Positions 24,039 through 35,940 of a stretch of 64,000 bases of DNA are shown one piece after another. Source of the stretch: Octopus vulgaris (taxonomy: Eukaryota). The position numbers and the translations under genes are program-made. Under the pieces are notes generated by a model, which searched no databases, was not told where the DNA came from, and saw nothing but the letters and a program-made list of their open reading frames with translations. How positions within the stretch are numbered: the first letter of the stretch is position 1; every line of letters starts with the position of its first letter. The DNA lies in contig OX597818.1 of NCBI GenBank assembly GCA_951406725.2, positions 100,936,001 through 101,000,000 of the forward strand, given 5' to 3'.

Positions 24039-25383
24039 ATGGAAGGGAGAAATTACTCTGAAATTTCGACGGAAGTATCGACATCTGAGGAGGAGTTGGC
24101 GGTGAAAAAGATGGAAGGCACCTACGCAGGTGTAACGAAGAAGTCAACGGAAAGAGAGATAGACATGGCTAAGTTGGCGGGCCTCCAGGAGTTTGTGAAG
24201 GAGGACGAGAACGGTGAAGTTGAGCTGCTGCATCCAGTAGGGCGCGGAGACTGGTTCCATCGTAGAACCATTAAATATAAAGTATTTATGAATGGAGGTA
24301 GAAAGATGGAAGTAATCAACATGGAAGCAATTGAAGAGGCTCTCAAGCAGACAGGAGAGGAAATTGTGTACATGACAAAAGGATTACAATACGGAACCAT
24401 AACGGTGCAATTTAAAAGCGAAAAAGCAGCCAGGAATGTAGCAGCCAAGGTGGTGAGTACAGAAAAGATTTACTTGTTACCCTCGTATCTGAATAGGCGG
24501 ACAACCAGAATTAGGGTGGAGGGAATACCTCCACACCTAGAGGGCGAATTAATAACGGCTGCGGTTATAAAAGGAAATGAAGATAAAGTGGACATCCTCC
24601 ACGCCATTATGAAGTATGAAGGCGTGAGAGGTGCCACACTAGTTATGAACATTCAAACGGAGGCGGATGTTATAGAGAGGATTACGGACAGCATAAAAAC
24701 TGGAAATATTATTATGAGAGTGTGGGTGGAGGGTAGGGCGCCCAGGTGCTACAAGTGTGGCCAGAGGGGTCACATAAGAGCCTACTGCCCTCCCCCACCA
24801 AAGGAAAAAGAAAAGGAAAGCGTTGAGGAAGCCTCAAGAGAGGAAGAAAATAAACAGAAACAAACAGAGAAGGAAACGACAGAAGAAGAGGAGATGCAAC
24901 AAGAGTGGAAAGAAGGGGAGCAAAGAGAAAAAGAAAGAAAAAGAAAAACTGTGCGAAGCCCCAACCCACCCCAACACCACCCGCACCCTCTGAATCCCAC
25001 CCTTCCCCTACAGACAGTGAACCCACCCGCTCCCCTCCAACAAGAAAACAAAAGAAAAATACAGACAGACAAGAGTTTGAAAATGAACCCAGGCCGAACA
25101 TTTATATTGTGACCGAACAGAAAGAGGTTGAAAGGGTAATGGAGGAGTATGAATGGTATGAAATGGATGGGACCAGATATGCAGTGCTGGAAAAGAAGAA
25201 TATAGATGAGTTTATGTTGAGGTGTGAGGGGAGAATTGGGAGGTGAAAGATGTAAGAATGAGCGATGAATTCGTGGAATATATGGAGGACAGTTTCGGAG
25301 TAAGAATGGATATGGATGGTCTTCGTATTGGGAATGAACATTCAGGTGACAGTGAAAACAAAAGGTCAGGTAAGTGGTGCTAG
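24039..25383 (+). pseudogene. ORF1 copy 6 (type A), two G-run deletions
   Basis: ORF track is split at ~24915 and ~25230. Confidence 0.7.
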
Positions 25384-25744
25384 CGGATGGGGCCGTTGGC
25401 ACCGCTTTCATATATCATTTACAAAATTCATTTTACTCATATCTATGTAATTGTGATGTTCTATGTCCCCAATGTTTGTAACGTCCCCTCTATGTAGCCC
25501 CTAGTGGGTAATAAAGAAATCAATAGATCTCATTCGTATTTTTGGATTCGCTGGGACTGGGTGTTTTTTTTTCGCTCGTAAAATTCGGTAAGAAGGAGCA
25601 AAAAGCGTTGTTGTTGTTGTGGAAATTCTGAACGGAGTTGATGCGGTTTCGCGTCTCACTGGTTCTGCGCGTTACACTTTTTCGGTTCGGGAGGCCGTTT
25701 TTCGGTCTGAGGCGACTATGAGCCGCCTACATCAAGCGGAGGAG

Positions 25745-27090
25745 ATGGAAGGGAGAAATTGCTCTGAAATTTCGACGGAAGTGTCGACATCTGAGGAGGA
25801 GTTGGCGGTGAGAGGGATGGAAGGCACCTACGCGGGTGTAACGAGGAAGTCAGCGGAAAGAGAGATAGACCTGGCTAAGTTGGCGGGCCTCCAGGAGTTT
25901 GTGAAGGAGGACGAGAACGGTGAAGTCGAGCTGCTGAATCCAGTAGGGCGCGGAGACTGGTTCCATCGTAGAACCATTAAATATAAAGTATTTATGAATG
26001 GAGGTAGAAAGATGGAAGTAATCAACATGGAAGCAATTGAAGAGGCTCTCAAGCAGACAGGAGAGGAAATTGTGTACATGACAAAAGGACTACAATACGG
26101 AACCATAACGGTGCAATTTAAAAGCGAAAAAGCAGCCAAGAATGTAGCAGCAAAGGTGGTGAGTACAGAAAAGATTTACTTGTTACCCTCGTATCTGAAT
26201 AGGCGGACAACCAGAATTAGGGTGGAGGGAATACCTCCACACCTAGAGGGCGAATTAATAACGGCTGCGGTTATAAAAGGAAATGAAGATAAAGTGGACA
26301 TCCTCCACGCCATTATGAAGTATGAAGGCGTGAGAGGTGCCACACTAGTTATGAACATTCAAACGGAGGCGGATGTTATAGAGAGGATTACGGACAGCAT
26401 AAAAACTGGAAATATTATTATGAGAGTGTGGGTGGAGGGTAGGGCGCCCAGGTGCTACAAGTGTGGCCAGAGGGGTCACATAAGAGCCTACTGCCCTCCC
26501 CCACCAAAGGAAAAAGAAAAGGAAAGCGTTGAGGAAGCCTCAAGAGAGGAAGAAAATAAACAGAAACAAACAGAGAAGGAAACGACAGAAGAAGAGGAGA
26601 TGCAACAAGAGTGGAAAGAAGGGGGAACAAAGAGAAAAAGAAAGAAAAAGAAAAACTGTGCGAAGCCCCAACCCACCCCAACACCACCCACACCTCTGAA
26701 TCCCACCCTTCCCCTACAGACAGTGAACCCACCCGCTCCCCTCCAACAAGAAAACAAAAGAAAAATACAGACAGACAAGAGTTTGAAAATGAACCCAGGC
26801 CGAACATTTATATTGTGACCGAACAGAAAGAGGTTGAAAGGGTAATGGAGGAGTATGAATGGTATGAAATGGATGGGACCAGATATGCAGTGCTGGAAAA
26901 GAAGAATATAGATGAGTTTATGTTGAGGTGTGAGGGGGAGAATTGGGAGGTGAAAGATGTAAGAATGAGCGATAAATTCGTGGAATATATGGAGGACAGT
27001 TTCGGAGTAAGAATGGATATGGATGGTCTTCGTATTGGGAATGAACATTCAGGTGACAGTGAAAACAAAAGGTCAGGTAAGTGGTGCTAG
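25745..27090 (+). pseudogene. ORF1 copy 7 (type A, copy-3-like), 1-nt C-run deletion
   Basis: ORFs 25619-26818 and 26611-27090. Confidence 0.7.
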
Positions 27091-27451
27091 CGGATGGGGC
27101 CGTTGGCACCGCTTTCATATATCATTTTCAAAATTCATTTTACTCATATCTATGTAATTGTGATGTTCTATGTCCCCAATGTTTGTAACGTCCCCTCTAT
27201 GTAGCCCCTAGTGGGTAATAAAGAAATCAATAGATCTCATTCGTATTTTTGGATTCGCTGGGACTGGGTGTTTTTTTTTCGCTCGTGAAATTCGGTAAAA
27301 AAGAACAAAAGGCGTTGTTGTTGTTGTGGAAATTCTGAACGGCGTTGATGCGGTTTCGCGTCTCACTGGTTCTGCGCGTTACACTTTTTCGGTTCGGGAG
27401 GCCGTTTTTCGGTCTGAGGCGACTATAAGCCGCCTCCATCAAGCGGAGGAG

Positions 27452-28753
27452 ATGGAAGGGAGAAATTACTCTGAAATTTCGACGGAAGTATCGACATCTG
27501 AGGAGGAGTTGGCGGTGAAAAAGATGGAAGGCACCTACGCAGGTGTAACGAAGAAGTCAACGGAAAGAGAGATAGACCTGGCTAAGTTGGCGGGCCTCCA
27601 GGAGTTTGTGAAGGAGGACGAGAACGGTGAAGTTGAGCTGCTGCATCCAGTAGGGCGCGGAGACTGGTTCCATCGTAGAACCATTAAATATAAAGTATTT
27701 ATGAATGGAGGTAGAAAGATGGAAGTAATCAACATGGAAGCAATTGAAGAGGCTCTCAAGCAGACAGGAGAGGAAATTGTGTACATGACAAAAGGATTAC
27801 AATACGGAACCATAACGGTGCAATTTAAAAGCGAAAAAGCAGCCAGGAATGTAGCAGCCAAGGTGGTGAGTACAGAAAAGATTTACTTGTTACCCTCGTA
27901 TCTGAATAGGCGGACAACCAGAATTAGGGTGGAGGGAATACCTCCACACCTAGAGGGCGAATTAATAACGGCTGCGGTTATAAAAGGAAATGAAGATAAA
28001 GTGGACATCCTCCACGCCATTATGAAGTATGAAGGCGTGAGAGGTGCCACACTAGTTATGAACATTCAAACGGAGGCGGATGTTATAGAGAGGATTACGG
28101 ACAGCATAAAAACTGGAAATATTATTATGAGAGTGTGGGTGGAGGGTAGGGCGCCCAGGTGCTACAAGTGTGGCCAGAGGGGTCACATAAGAGCCTACTG
28201 CCCTCCCCCACCAAAGGAAAAAGAAACGGAAAGCGTTGAGGAAGCCTCAGGAGAGGAAGAAAATAAACAGAAACAAACAGAGAAGGAAACGACAGAAGAA
28301 GAGGAGATGCAACAAGAGTGGAAAGAAGGGGGAACAAAGAGAAAAAGAAGGAAAAAGAAAAACTGTGCGAAGCCCCAACCCACCCCGACACCACCCATAC
28401 CCTTGGAGTCCCATCCTTCCCCTGCAAACAGTGATTCCACCCACTCCCCGCCTACAAGAAAAACAAAAACAGACACACAGAGCAAAGAAAGTCCCAAGAC
28501 CCATTTTTTATGTGTTATACATGGGAAAGACATACAAAACGTTAAAAAACGGGTGTTAACCAAGTGGTACGATCACGAAGATTGTAGCTACACGGCTGTG
28601 GATAGTGATGATACGGGTATATTGGCGAGAAGGTTTGAGGAAGAGGGTGTGTGTTGGAAGTCAGTGGAAATGAAAGATGAATGGATAGAGATGGCTAAAA
28701 GAAAAACGAATGTTGTGATAGGAAAAAAAGGAATACTAATTGGAAATGGGTGA
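27452..28753 (+). CDS. ORF1 copy 8 (type B), intact
   Basis: Continuous ORF ending GKKGILIGNG. Confidence 0.8.
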   Translation: MEGRNYSEISTEVSTSEEELAVKKMEGTYAGVTKKSTEREIDLAKLAGLQEFVKEDENGEVELLHPVGRGDWFHRRTIKYKVFMNGGRKMEVINMEAIEEALKQTGEEIVYMTKGLQYGTITVQFKSEKAARNVAAKVVSTEKIYLLPSYLNRRTTRIRVEGIPPHLEGELITAAVIKGNEDKVDILHAIMKYEGVRGATLVMNIQTEADVIERITDSIKTGNIIMRVWVEGRAPRCYKCGQRGHIRAYCPPPPKEKETESVEEASGEEENKQKQTEKETTEEEEMQQEWKEGGTKRKRRKKKNCAKPQPTPTPPIPLESHPSPANSDSTHSPPTRKTKTDTQSKESPKTHFLCVIHGKDIQNVKKRVLTKWYDHEDCSYTAVDSDDTGILARRFEEEGVCWKSVEMKDEWIEMAKRKTNVVIGKKGILIGNG

Positions 28754-29137
28754 AGAAGGACAGACAAGTGATGCTGGCGGATGGGGCCGTCGGTATCACT
28801 CTCATATATCATTTTCATATTCCATTTTGCTCATATATATGTAATTGTGATGTTCTATGTCCCCAATGTTTGTAACGTCCTCTCTATGTAGCCCCTAGTG
28901 GGTAATAAAGAAATCAATAGATCTCATTCGTATTTTTGGATTCGCTGGGACTGGGTGTTTTTTTTCGCTCGTAAAATTCGGTAAGAAGGAGCAAAAAGCG
29001 TTGTTGTTGTTGTGGAAATTCTGAACGGCGTTGATGCGGTTTCGCGTCTCACTGGTTCTGCGCGTTACACTTTTACGGTTCGGGAGGCCGTTTTTCGGTC
29101 TGAGGCGACTATGAGCCGCCTCCGTCAAGCGGAGGAG

Positions 29138-30484
29138 ATGGAAGGGAGAAATTACTCTGAAATTTCGACGGAAGTATCGACATCTGAGGAGGAGTTGGCG
29201 GTGAAAAAGATGGACGGCTCCTACGCAGGTGTAACGAAGAAGTCAACGGAAAAAGAGATAGACCTGGCTAAGTTGGCGGGCCTCCAGGAGTTTGTGAAGG
29301 AGGACGAGAACGGTGAAGTCGAGCTGCTGCATCCAGTAGGGCGCGGAGACTGGTTCCATCGTAGAACCATTAAATATAAAGTATTTATGAATGGAGGTAG
29401 AAAGATGGAAGTAATCAACATGGAAGCAATTGAAGAGGCTCTCAAGCAGACAGGAGAGGAAATTGTGTACATGACAAAAGGATTACAATACGGAACCATA
29501 ACGGTGCAATTTAAAAGCGAAAAAGCAGCCAGGAATGTAGCAGCCAAGGTGGTGAGTACAGAAAAGATTTACTTGTTACCCTCGTATCTGAATAGGCGGA
29601 CAACCAGAATTAGGGTGGAGGGAATACCTCCACACCTAGAGGGCGAATTAATAACGGCTGCGGTTATAAAAGGAAATGAAGATAAAGTGGACATCCTCCA
29701 CGCCATTATGAAGTATGAAGGCGTGAGAGGTGCCACACTAGTTATGAACATTCAAACGGAGGCGGATGTTATAGAGAGGATTACGGACAGCATAAAAACT
29801 GGAAATATTATTATGAGAGTGTGGGTGGAGGGTAGGGCGCCCAGGTGCTACAAGTGTGGCCAGAGGGGTCACATAAGAGCCTACTGCCCTCCCCCACCAA
29901 AGGAAAAAGAAAAGGAAAGCGTTGAGGAGGCCTCAGGAGAGGAAGAAAATAAACAGAAACAAACAGAGAAGGAAACGACAGAAGAAGAGGAGATGCAACA
30001 AGAGTGGAAAGAAGGGGGAACAAAGAGAAAAAGAAAGAAAAAGAAAAACTGTGCGAAGCCCCAACCCACCCCAACACCACCCGCACCCTCTGAATCCCAC
30101 CCTTCCCCTACAGACAGTGAACCCACCCGCTCCCCTCCAACAAGAAAACAAAAGAAAAATACAGACAGACAAGAGTTTGAAAATGAACCCAGGCCGAACA
30201 TTTATATTGTGACCGAACAGAAAGAGGTTGAAAGGGTAATGGAGGAGTATGAATGGTATGAAATGGATGGGACCAGATATGCAGTGCTGGAAAAGAAGAA
30301 TATAGATGAGTTTATGTTGAGGTGTGAAAGGGTGATTTGGGAGGTGAAAGATATAAGAATGAGCGATGAATTCGTGGAATATATGGAGGACAGTTTCGGA
30401 GTAAGAATGGATATGGATGGTCTTCGTATTGGGAATGAACATTCAGGTGACAGTGAAAACAAAAGGTCAGGTAAGTGGTGCTAG
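29138..30484 (+). CDS. ORF1 copy 9 (type A), intact
   Basis: Continuous ORF. Confidence 0.8.
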   Translation: MEGRNYSEISTEVSTSEEELAVKKMDGSYAGVTKKSTEKEIDLAKLAGLQEFVKEDENGEVELLHPVGRGDWFHRRTIKYKVFMNGGRKMEVINMEAIEEALKQTGEEIVYMTKGLQYGTITVQFKSEKAARNVAAKVVSTEKIYLLPSYLNRRTTRIRVEGIPPHLEGELITAAVIKGNEDKVDILHAIMKYEGVRGATLVMNIQTEADVIERITDSIKTGNIIMRVWVEGRAPRCYKCGQRGHIRAYCPPPPKEKEKESVEEASGEEENKQKQTEKETTEEEEMQQEWKEGGTKRKRKKKKNCAKPQPTPTPPAPSESHPSPTDSEPTRSPPTRKQKKNTDRQEFENEPRPNIYIVTEQKEVERVMEEYEWYEMDGTRYAVLEKKNIDEFMLRCERVIWEVKDIRMSDEFVEYMEDSFGVRMDMDGLRIGNEHSGDSENKRSGKWC

Positions 30485-30845
30485 CGGATGGGGCCGTTGG
30501 CACCGCTTTCATATATCATTTTCAAAATTCATTTTACTCATATCTATGTAATTGTGATGTTCTATGTCCCCAATGTTTGTAACGTCCCCTCTATGTAGCC
30601 CCTAGTGGGTAATAAAGAAATCAATAGATCTCATTCGTATTTTTGGATTCGCTGGGACTGGGTGTTTTTTTTTCGCTCGTGAAATTCGGTAAAAAAGAAC
30701 AAAAGGCGTTGTTGTTGTTGTGGAAATTCTGAACGGCGTTGATGCGGTTCCGCGTCTCACTGGTTCTGCGCGTTACACTTTTTCGGTTCGGGAGGCCGTT
30801 TTTCGGTCTGAGGCGACTATAAGCCGCCTCCATCAAGCGGAGGAG

Positions 30846-32192
30846 ATGGAAGGGAGAAATTACTCTGAAATTTCGACGGAAGTATCGACATCTGAGGAGG
30901 AGTTGGCGGTGAAAAAGATGGAAGGCACCTACGCAGGTGTAACGAAGAAGTCAACGGAAAGAGAGATAGACCTGGCTAAGTTGGCGGGCCTCCAGGAGTT
31001 TGTGAAGGAGGACGAGAACGGTGAAGTTGAGCTGCTGCATCCAGTAGGGCGCGGAGACTGGTTCCATCGTAGAACCATTAAATATAAAGTATTTATGAAT
31101 GGAGGTAGAAAGATGGAAGTAATCAACATGGAAGCAATTGAAGAGGCTCTCAAGCAGACAGGAGAGGAAATTGTGTACATGACAAAAGGATTACAATACG
31201 GAACCATAACGGTGCAATTTAAAAGCGAAAAAGCAGCCAGGAATGTAGCAGCCAAGGTGGTGAGTACAGAAAAGATTTACTTGTTACCCTCGTATCTGAA
31301 TAGGCGGACAACCAGAATTAGGGTGGAGGGAATACCTCCACACCTAGAGGGCGAATTAATAACGGCTGCGGTTATAAAAGGAAATGAAGATAAAGTGGAC
31401 ATCCTCCACGCCATTATGAAGTATGAAGGCGTGAGAGGTGCCACACTAGTTATGAACATTCAAACGGAGGCGGATGTTATAGAGAGGATTACGGACAGCA
31501 TAAAAACTGGAAATATTATTATGAGAGTGTGGGTGGAGGGTAGGGCGCCCAGGTGCTACAAGTGTGGCCAGAGGGGTCACATAAGAGCCTACTGCCCTCC
31601 CCCACCAAAGGAAAAAGAAAAGGAAAGCGTTGAGGAAGCCTCAAGAGAGGAAGAAAATAAACAGAAACAAACAGAGAAGGAAACGACAGAAGAAGAGGAG
31701 ATGCAACAAGAGTGGAAAGAAGGGGGAGCAAAGAGAAAAAGAAAGAAAAAGAAAAACTGTGCGAAGCCCCAACCCACCCCAACACCACCCGCACCCTCTG
31801 AATCCCACCCTTCCCCTACAGACAGTGAACCCACCCGCTCCCCTCCAACAAGAAAACAAAAGAAAAATACAGACAGACAAGAGTTTGAAAATGAACCCAG
31901 GCCGAACATTTATATTGTGACCGAACAGAAAGAGGTTGAAAGGGTAATGGAGGAGTATGAATGGTATGAAATGGATGGGACCAGATATGCAGTGCTGGAA
32001 AAGAAGAATATAGATGAGTTTATGTTGAGGTGTGAGGGGGAGAATTGGGAGGTGAAAGATGTAAGAATGAGCGATGAATTCGTGGAATATATGGAGGACA
32101 GTTTCGGAGTAAGAATGGATATGGATGGTCTTCGTATTGGGAATGAACATTCAGGTGACAGTGAAAACAAAAGGTCAGGTAAGTGGTGCTAG
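30846..32192 (+). CDS. ORF1 copy 10 (type A), intact
   Basis: Continuous ORF. Confidence 0.8.
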   Translation: MEGRNYSEISTEVSTSEEELAVKKMEGTYAGVTKKSTEREIDLAKLAGLQEFVKEDENGEVELLHPVGRGDWFHRRTIKYKVFMNGGRKMEVINMEAIEEALKQTGEEIVYMTKGLQYGTITVQFKSEKAARNVAAKVVSTEKIYLLPSYLNRRTTRIRVEGIPPHLEGELITAAVIKGNEDKVDILHAIMKYEGVRGATLVMNIQTEADVIERITDSIKTGNIIMRVWVEGRAPRCYKCGQRGHIRAYCPPPPKEKEKESVEEASREEENKQKQTEKETTEEEEMQQEWKEGGAKRKRKKKKNCAKPQPTPTPPAPSESHPSPTDSEPTRSPPTRKQKKNTDRQEFENEPRPNIYIVTEQKEVERVMEEYEWYEMDGTRYAVLEKKNIDEFMLRCEGENWEVKDVRMSDEFVEYMEDSFGVRMDMDGLRIGNEHSGDSENKRSGKWC

Positions 32193-32553
32193 CGGATGGG
32201 GCCGTTGGCACCGCTTTCATATATCATTTACAAAATTCATTTTACTCATATCTATGTAATTGTGATGTTCTATGTCCCCAATGTTTGTAACGTCCCCTCT
32301 ATGTAGCCCCTAGTGGGTAATAAAGAAATCAATAGATATCATTCGTATTTTTGGATTCGGTGGGACTGGGTGTTTTTTTTTCGCTCGTAAAATTCGGTAA
32401 GAAGGAGCAAAAAGCGTTGTTGTTGTTGTGGAAATTCTGAACGGAGTTGATGCGGTTTCGCGTCTCACTGGTTCTGCGCGTTACACTTTTTCGGTTCGGG
32501 AGGCCGTTTTTCGGTCTGAGGCGACTATGAGCCGCCTACATCAAGCGGAGGAG

Positions 32554-33900
32554 ATGGAAGGGAGAAATTGCTCTGAAATTTCGACGGAAGTGTCGACATC
32601 TGAGGAGGAGTTGGCGGTGAGAGGGATGGAAGGCACCTACGCGGGTGTAACGAGGAAGTCAGCGGAAAGAGAGATAGACCTGGCTAAGTTGGCGGGCCTC
32701 CAGGAGTTTGTGAAGGAGGACGAGAACGGTGAAGTCGAGCTGCTGAATCCAGTAGGGCGCGGAGACTGGTTCCATCGTAGAACCATTAAATATAAAGTAT
32801 TTATGAATGGAGGTAGAAAGATGGAAGTAATCAACATGGAAGCAATTGAAGAGGCTCTCAAGCAGACAGGAGAGGAAATTGTGTACATGACAAAAGGACT
32901 ACAATACGGAACCATAACGGTGCAATTTAAAAGCGAAAAAGCAGCCAAGAATGTAGCAGCAAAGGTGGTGAGTACAGAAAAGATTTACTTGTTACCCTCG
33001 TATCTGAATAGGCGGACAACCAGAATTAGGGTGGAGGGAATACCTCCACACCTAGAGGGCGAATTAATAACGGCTGCGGTTATAAAAGGAAATGAAGATA
33101 AAGTGGACATCCTCCACGCCATTATGAAGTATGAAGGCGTGAGAGGTGCCACACTAGTTATGAACATTCAAACGGAGGCGGATGTTATAGAGAGGATTAC
33201 GGACAGCATAAAAACTGGAAATATTATTATGAGAGTGTGGGTGGAGGGTAGGGCGCCCAGGTGCTACAAGTGTGGCCAGAGGGGTCACATAAGAGCCTAC
33301 TGCCCTCCCCCACCAAAGGAAAAAGAAAAGGAAAGCGTTGAGGAAGCCTCAAGAGAGGAAGAAAATAAACAGAAACAAACAGAGAAGGAAACGACAGAAG
33401 AAGAGGAGATGCAACAAGAGTGGAAAGAAGGGGGAACAAAGAGAAAAAGAAAGAAAAAGAAAAACTGTGCGAAGCCCCAACCCACCCCAACACCACCCAC
33501 ACCCTCTGAATCCCACCCTTCCCCTACAGACAGTGAACCCACCCGCTCCCCTCCAACAAGAAAACAAAAGAAAAATACAGACAGACAAGAGTTTGAAAAT
33601 GAACCCAGGCCGAACATTTATATTGTGACCGAACAGAAAGAGGTTGAAAGGGTAATGGAGGAGTATGAATGGTATGAAATGGATGGGACCAGATATGCAG
33701 TGCTGGAAAAGAAGAATATAGATGAGTTTATGTTGAGGTGTGAGGGGGAGAATTGGGAGGTGAAAGATGTAAGAATGAGCGATAAATTCGTGGAATATAT
33801 GGAGGACAGTTTCGGAGTAAGAATGGATATGGATGGTCTTCGTATTGGGAATGAACATTCAGGTGACAGTGAAAACAAAAGGTCAGGTAAGTGGTGCTAG
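32554..33900 (+). CDS. ORF1 copy 11 (type A, copy-3-like), intact
   Basis: Continuous ORF with the same variant residues as copy 3. Confidence 0.8.
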   Translation: MEGRNCSEISTEVSTSEEELAVRGMEGTYAGVTRKSAEREIDLAKLAGLQEFVKEDENGEVELLNPVGRGDWFHRRTIKYKVFMNGGRKMEVINMEAIEEALKQTGEEIVYMTKGLQYGTITVQFKSEKAAKNVAAKVVSTEKIYLLPSYLNRRTTRIRVEGIPPHLEGELITAAVIKGNEDKVDILHAIMKYEGVRGATLVMNIQTEADVIERITDSIKTGNIIMRVWVEGRAPRCYKCGQRGHIRAYCPPPPKEKEKESVEEASREEENKQKQTEKETTEEEEMQQEWKEGGTKRKRKKKKNCAKPQPTPTPPTPSESHPSPTDSEPTRSPPTRKQKKNTDRQEFENEPRPNIYIVTEQKEVERVMEEYEWYEMDGTRYAVLEKKNIDEFMLRCEGENWEVKDVRMSDKFVEYMEDSFGVRMDMDGLRIGNEHSGDSENKRSGKWC

Positions 33901-34254
33901 CGGATGGGGCCGTTGGCACCGCTTTCATATATCATTTTCAAAATTCATTTTACTCATATCTATGTAATTGTGATGTTCTATGTCCCCAATGTTTGTAACG
34001 TCCCCTCTATGTAGCCCCTAGTGGGTAATAAAGAAATCAATAGATCTCATTCGTATTTTTGGATTCGCTGGGACTGGGTGTTTTTTTTTTCGCTCGTGAA
34101 ATTCGGTAAAAAAGGCGTTGTTGTTGTTGTGGAAATTCTGAACGGCGTTGATGCGGTTTCGCGTCTCACTGGTTCTGCGCGTTACACTTTTTCGGTTCGG
34201 GAGGCCGTTTTTCGGTCTGAGGCGACTATAAGCCGCCTCCATCAAGCGGAGGAG

Positions 34255-35556
34255 ATGGAAGGGAGAAATTACTCTGAAATTTCGACGGAAGTATCGACAT
34301 CTGAGGAGGAGTTGGCGGTGAAAAAGATGGAAGGCACCTACGCAGGTGTAACGAAGAAGTCAACGGAAAGAGAGATAGACCTGGCTAAGTTGGCGGGCCT
34401 CCAGGAGTTTGTGAAGGAGGACGAGAACGGTGAAGTTGAGCTGCTGCATCCAGTAGGGCGCGGAGACTGGTTCCATCGTAGAACCATTAAATATAAAGTA
34501 TTTATGAATGGAGGTAGAAAGATGGAAGTAATCAACATGGAAGCAATTGAAGAGGCTCTCAAGCAGACAGGAGAGGAAATTGTGTACATGACAAAAGGAT
34601 TACAATACGGAACCATAACGGTGCAATTTAAAAGCGAAAAAGCAGCCAGGAATGTAGCAGCCAAGGTGGTGAGTACAGAAAAGATTTACTTGTTACCCTC
34701 GTATCTGAATAGGCGGACAACCAGAATTAGGGTGGAGGGAATACCTCCACACCTAGAGGGCGAATTAATAACGGCTGCGGTTATAAAAGGAAATGAAGAT
34801 AAAGTGGACATCCTCCACGCCATTATGAAGTATGAAGGCGTGAGAGGTGCCACACTAGTTATGAACATTCAAACGGAGGCGGATGTTATAGAGAGGATTA
34901 CGGACAGCATAAAAACTGGAAATATTATTATGAGAGTGTGGGTGGAGGGTAGGGCGCCCAGGTGCTACAAGTGTGGCCAGAGGGGTCACATAAGAGCCTA
35001 CTGCCCTCCCCCACCAAAGGAAAAAGAAACGGAAAGCGTTGAGGAAGCCTCAGGAGAGGAAGAAAATAAACAGAAACAAACAGAGAAGGAAACGACAGAA
35101 GAAGAGGAGATGCAACAAGAGTGGAAAGAAGGGGGAACAAAGAGAAAAAGAAGGAAAAAGAAAAACTGTGCGAAGCCCCAACCCACCCCGACACCACCCA
35201 TACCCTTGGAGTCCCATCCTTCCCCTGCAAACAGTGATTCCACCCACTCCCCGCCTACAAGAAAAACAAAAACAGACACACAGAGCAAAGAAAGTCCCAA
35301 GACCCATTTTTTATGTGTTATACATGGGAAAGACATACAAAACGTTAAAAAACGGGTGTTAACCAAGTGGTACGATCACGAAGATTGTAGCTACACGGCT
35401 GTGGATAGTGATGATACGGGTATATTGGCGAGAAGGTTTGAGGAAGAGGGTGTGTGTTGGAAGTCAGTGGAAATGAAAGATGAATGGATAGAGATGGCTA
35501 AAAGAAAAACGAATGTTGTGATAGGAAAAAAAGGAATACTAATTGGAAATGGGTGA
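34255..35556 (+). CDS. ORF1 copy 12 (type B), intact
   Basis: Continuous ORF. Confidence 0.8.
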   Translation: MEGRNYSEISTEVSTSEEELAVKKMEGTYAGVTKKSTEREIDLAKLAGLQEFVKEDENGEVELLHPVGRGDWFHRRTIKYKVFMNGGRKMEVINMEAIEEALKQTGEEIVYMTKGLQYGTITVQFKSEKAARNVAAKVVSTEKIYLLPSYLNRRTTRIRVEGIPPHLEGELITAAVIKGNEDKVDILHAIMKYEGVRGATLVMNIQTEADVIERITDSIKTGNIIMRVWVEGRAPRCYKCGQRGHIRAYCPPPPKEKETESVEEASGEEENKQKQTEKETTEEEEMQQEWKEGGTKRKRRKKKNCAKPQPTPTPPIPLESHPSPANSDSTHSPPTRKTKTDTQSKESPKTHFLCVIHGKDIQNVKKRVLTKWYDHEDCSYTAVDSDDTGILARRFEEEGVCWKSVEMKDEWIEMAKRKTNVVIGKKGILIGNG

Positions 35557-35940
35557 AGAAGGACAGACAAGTGATGCTGGCGGATGGGGCCGTCGGTATC
35601 ACTCTCATATATCATTTTCATATTCCATTTTGCTCATATATATGTAATTGTGATGTTCTATGTCCCCAATGTTTGTAACGTCCCCTCTATGTAGCCCCTA
35701 GTGGGTAATAAAGAAATCAATAGATCTCATTCGTATTTTTGGATTCGCTGGGACTGGGTGTTTTTTTTCGCTCGTAAAATTCGGTAAGAAGGAGCAAAAA
35801 GCGTTGTTGTTGTTGTGGAAATTCTGAACGGCGTTGATGCGGTTTCGCGTCTCACTGGTTCTGCGCGTTACACTTTTACGGTTCGGGAGGCCGTTTTTCG
35901 GTCTGAGGCGACTATGAGCCGCCTCCGTCAAGCGGAGGAG